Assembly (NCBI RefSeq): GCF_006345805.1
Contig: NC_043013.1
Location: 9,486,001-9,550,000, forward strand
Reading direction: 5' to 3'
DNA from: Octopus sinensis
Taxonomy: Eukaryota
Length of the DNA stretch: 64,000 nucleotides
The translations under genes were made by a program, and so were the position numbers. The first letter of the stretch is position 1. Every line of letters begins with the position of its first letter. Shown here in pieces: positions 62,440-64,000 of the stretch. The notes under the pieces were generated by a model that saw nothing but the letters and a program-made list of their open reading frames with translations, had not been told where the DNA came from and did no database searches.

Positions 62440-63240
62440 ATTTACTACATGTGTGGGAAAATCTGTCAGTGGGTGCGTTTGTGGAGTTGTTATCTAACTA
62501 CTCCTACATCGTTTTATCGATTTTGATGAAACTTGGCATGTGAGTGGAACTTATGTCTGGAAGCCACATGACATACATAAATTGTTAAAAACATCGATCA
62601 CAAGAACCCTGGAAGGGATCCTTATATATAGCCAAGGGAAATAGTCCATTCATTTTCCTAAATTATTTGATATAAATCAAATTGAGTATGCTTATTTCTT
62701 ACTATTTGAACTGTTAGAGTTATTTTCGGAATTTATCCAATACAACCCTTAAACAAGTAAATAGTATTTTCCTAAACAATAGATTTCGGTTAGTGACTTA
62801 TTCACGAATATACCAACACTAGCGCCCCTGAGGGTAATATTCTCTGGGAACGCACAAAAGTCCTTTTCAGAGTTATTTACTTTGAATTGTTATCATCTCA
62901 TACCTGATTAACCTGTTATTACGTAACATGCTTCAGGATTTTAGTAGACATACCTTATTAGTATTTCCTCTTATGTTCTATATACTCTGGGAACGCATTA
63001 AAGTCTTTTTCGGGGCTACTTTATTTGAATTCTTACTATCGGGTAGCTAATTTCATGTTATTACATAATTCGAGTATTCAAAACTTATTGGGAATTCCTA
63101 AAAGCAAGATCCTATGTAAGACATTTCGGTATTCTCTGTAAATGCACAAAAACCGTTTTAAGCACTATATACTTTGTATTGTTGTTACTGGATTAGCAAA
63201 ACAGTTATAAGAACGGAACCAACGGATAAGTCCCACTTAT
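62440..63240. mobile_element. unclassified non-autonomous element with three diverged ~145-bp internal repeats
   Basis: ATCGATTTTGATGAAACTTGGCA motif; TA(T/C)TCT..G..A.GCA.AAA..C.TTT at ~62840, ~62983, ~63130. Confidence 0.4.
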
Positions 63241-63415
63241 ATATATATATGAGTAAATGTGTACTTCGAAATATTCCAAAAAATATTTAGTTCACCTTAT
63301 CTCGAAAGTTTATAAAATTATTATGACTGCAAGAAAAGAAGTATATTATATGTATACATACACACTTGCGGACACACACACACACACACACACAGACACA
63401 CACCACGCACACATT

Positions 63416-63454
<39 letters not shown>

Positions 63455-63838
63455 CAAACACCCTAAACTAAGCACCACGTTTAATCACATGGATTAAATC
63501 ACATTCCAAGGAAATTTTTCCAAGGACTATTATTGAACTCAAAAAACATAAAGACTCTAAAAATTATCGGTATACTTATTTAAAATTTTTTGCATATGTT
63601 TATTATTATTTTTTTGAAAAAAACATTGAAAATGTATTTTTTCCCTTTCTTCAGTTTAAAAAAATTTCTTTTCACCTTTCAATTCTTGAAAATTTGCTTT
63701 GCGATGAAAACCGGTTAGAGTTAATATTGTTTTATATATTTTTAATTTTCCATACACCCATTTTTTATTAAAATTTACCTTCAACTTATCATATATATAT
63801 ATATATATAATATAAGATTAATAAATAATATATAATAA

Positions 63839-63921
<83 letters not shown>

Positions 63922-64000
63922 ATACCTGCATATGTACACACATATTAGACAGACAAACAGACAGATAAACAGATATATAGATAGATAGATAGATAGATAG

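Overview
Very AT-rich, microsatellite-saturated, repeat-dense eukaryotic DNA with one 100-N scaffold gap (8359-8458). The repeat families look like those of an octopus/cephalopod genome; this is recognition from memory, not a database result. No host gene can be named. Almost all ORF-track entries are translations of simple repeats, and only a few isolated splice-bounded candidate exons are visible. Recognisable coding content is all from mobile elements: (1) a near-complete Neptune-type Penelope-like element (PLE; RT + GIY-YIG, ~41.2-45.6 kb); (2) an older PLE (29.7-32.1 kb) interrupted by a Merlin-like MITE; (3) CR1-group, RTE and Tx1/L1 LINE fragments; (4) a helicase-only Helitron; (5) an internally deleted mariner; and (6) about 20 tRNA-derived SINE copies with shuffled head/tail modules. 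The most striking signal is RNA-structural. A ~356-bp unit repeated ~4.9 times as a head-to-head inverted array (4101-5845) carries a minimal type I hammerhead-ribozyme motif with a U3-A8 covariant core in each full unit (retrozyme/PLE-terminus-like). Eight further hammerhead-like motifs, in at least four other sequence variants, are dispersed through the window. These PLE-terminus fragments sit at (TA)n/(TG)n tracts, twice inside the internal microsatellite of the same SINE family. Frequent 1-bp indels suggest long-read consensus noise, so frameshifts should be interpreted cautiously.
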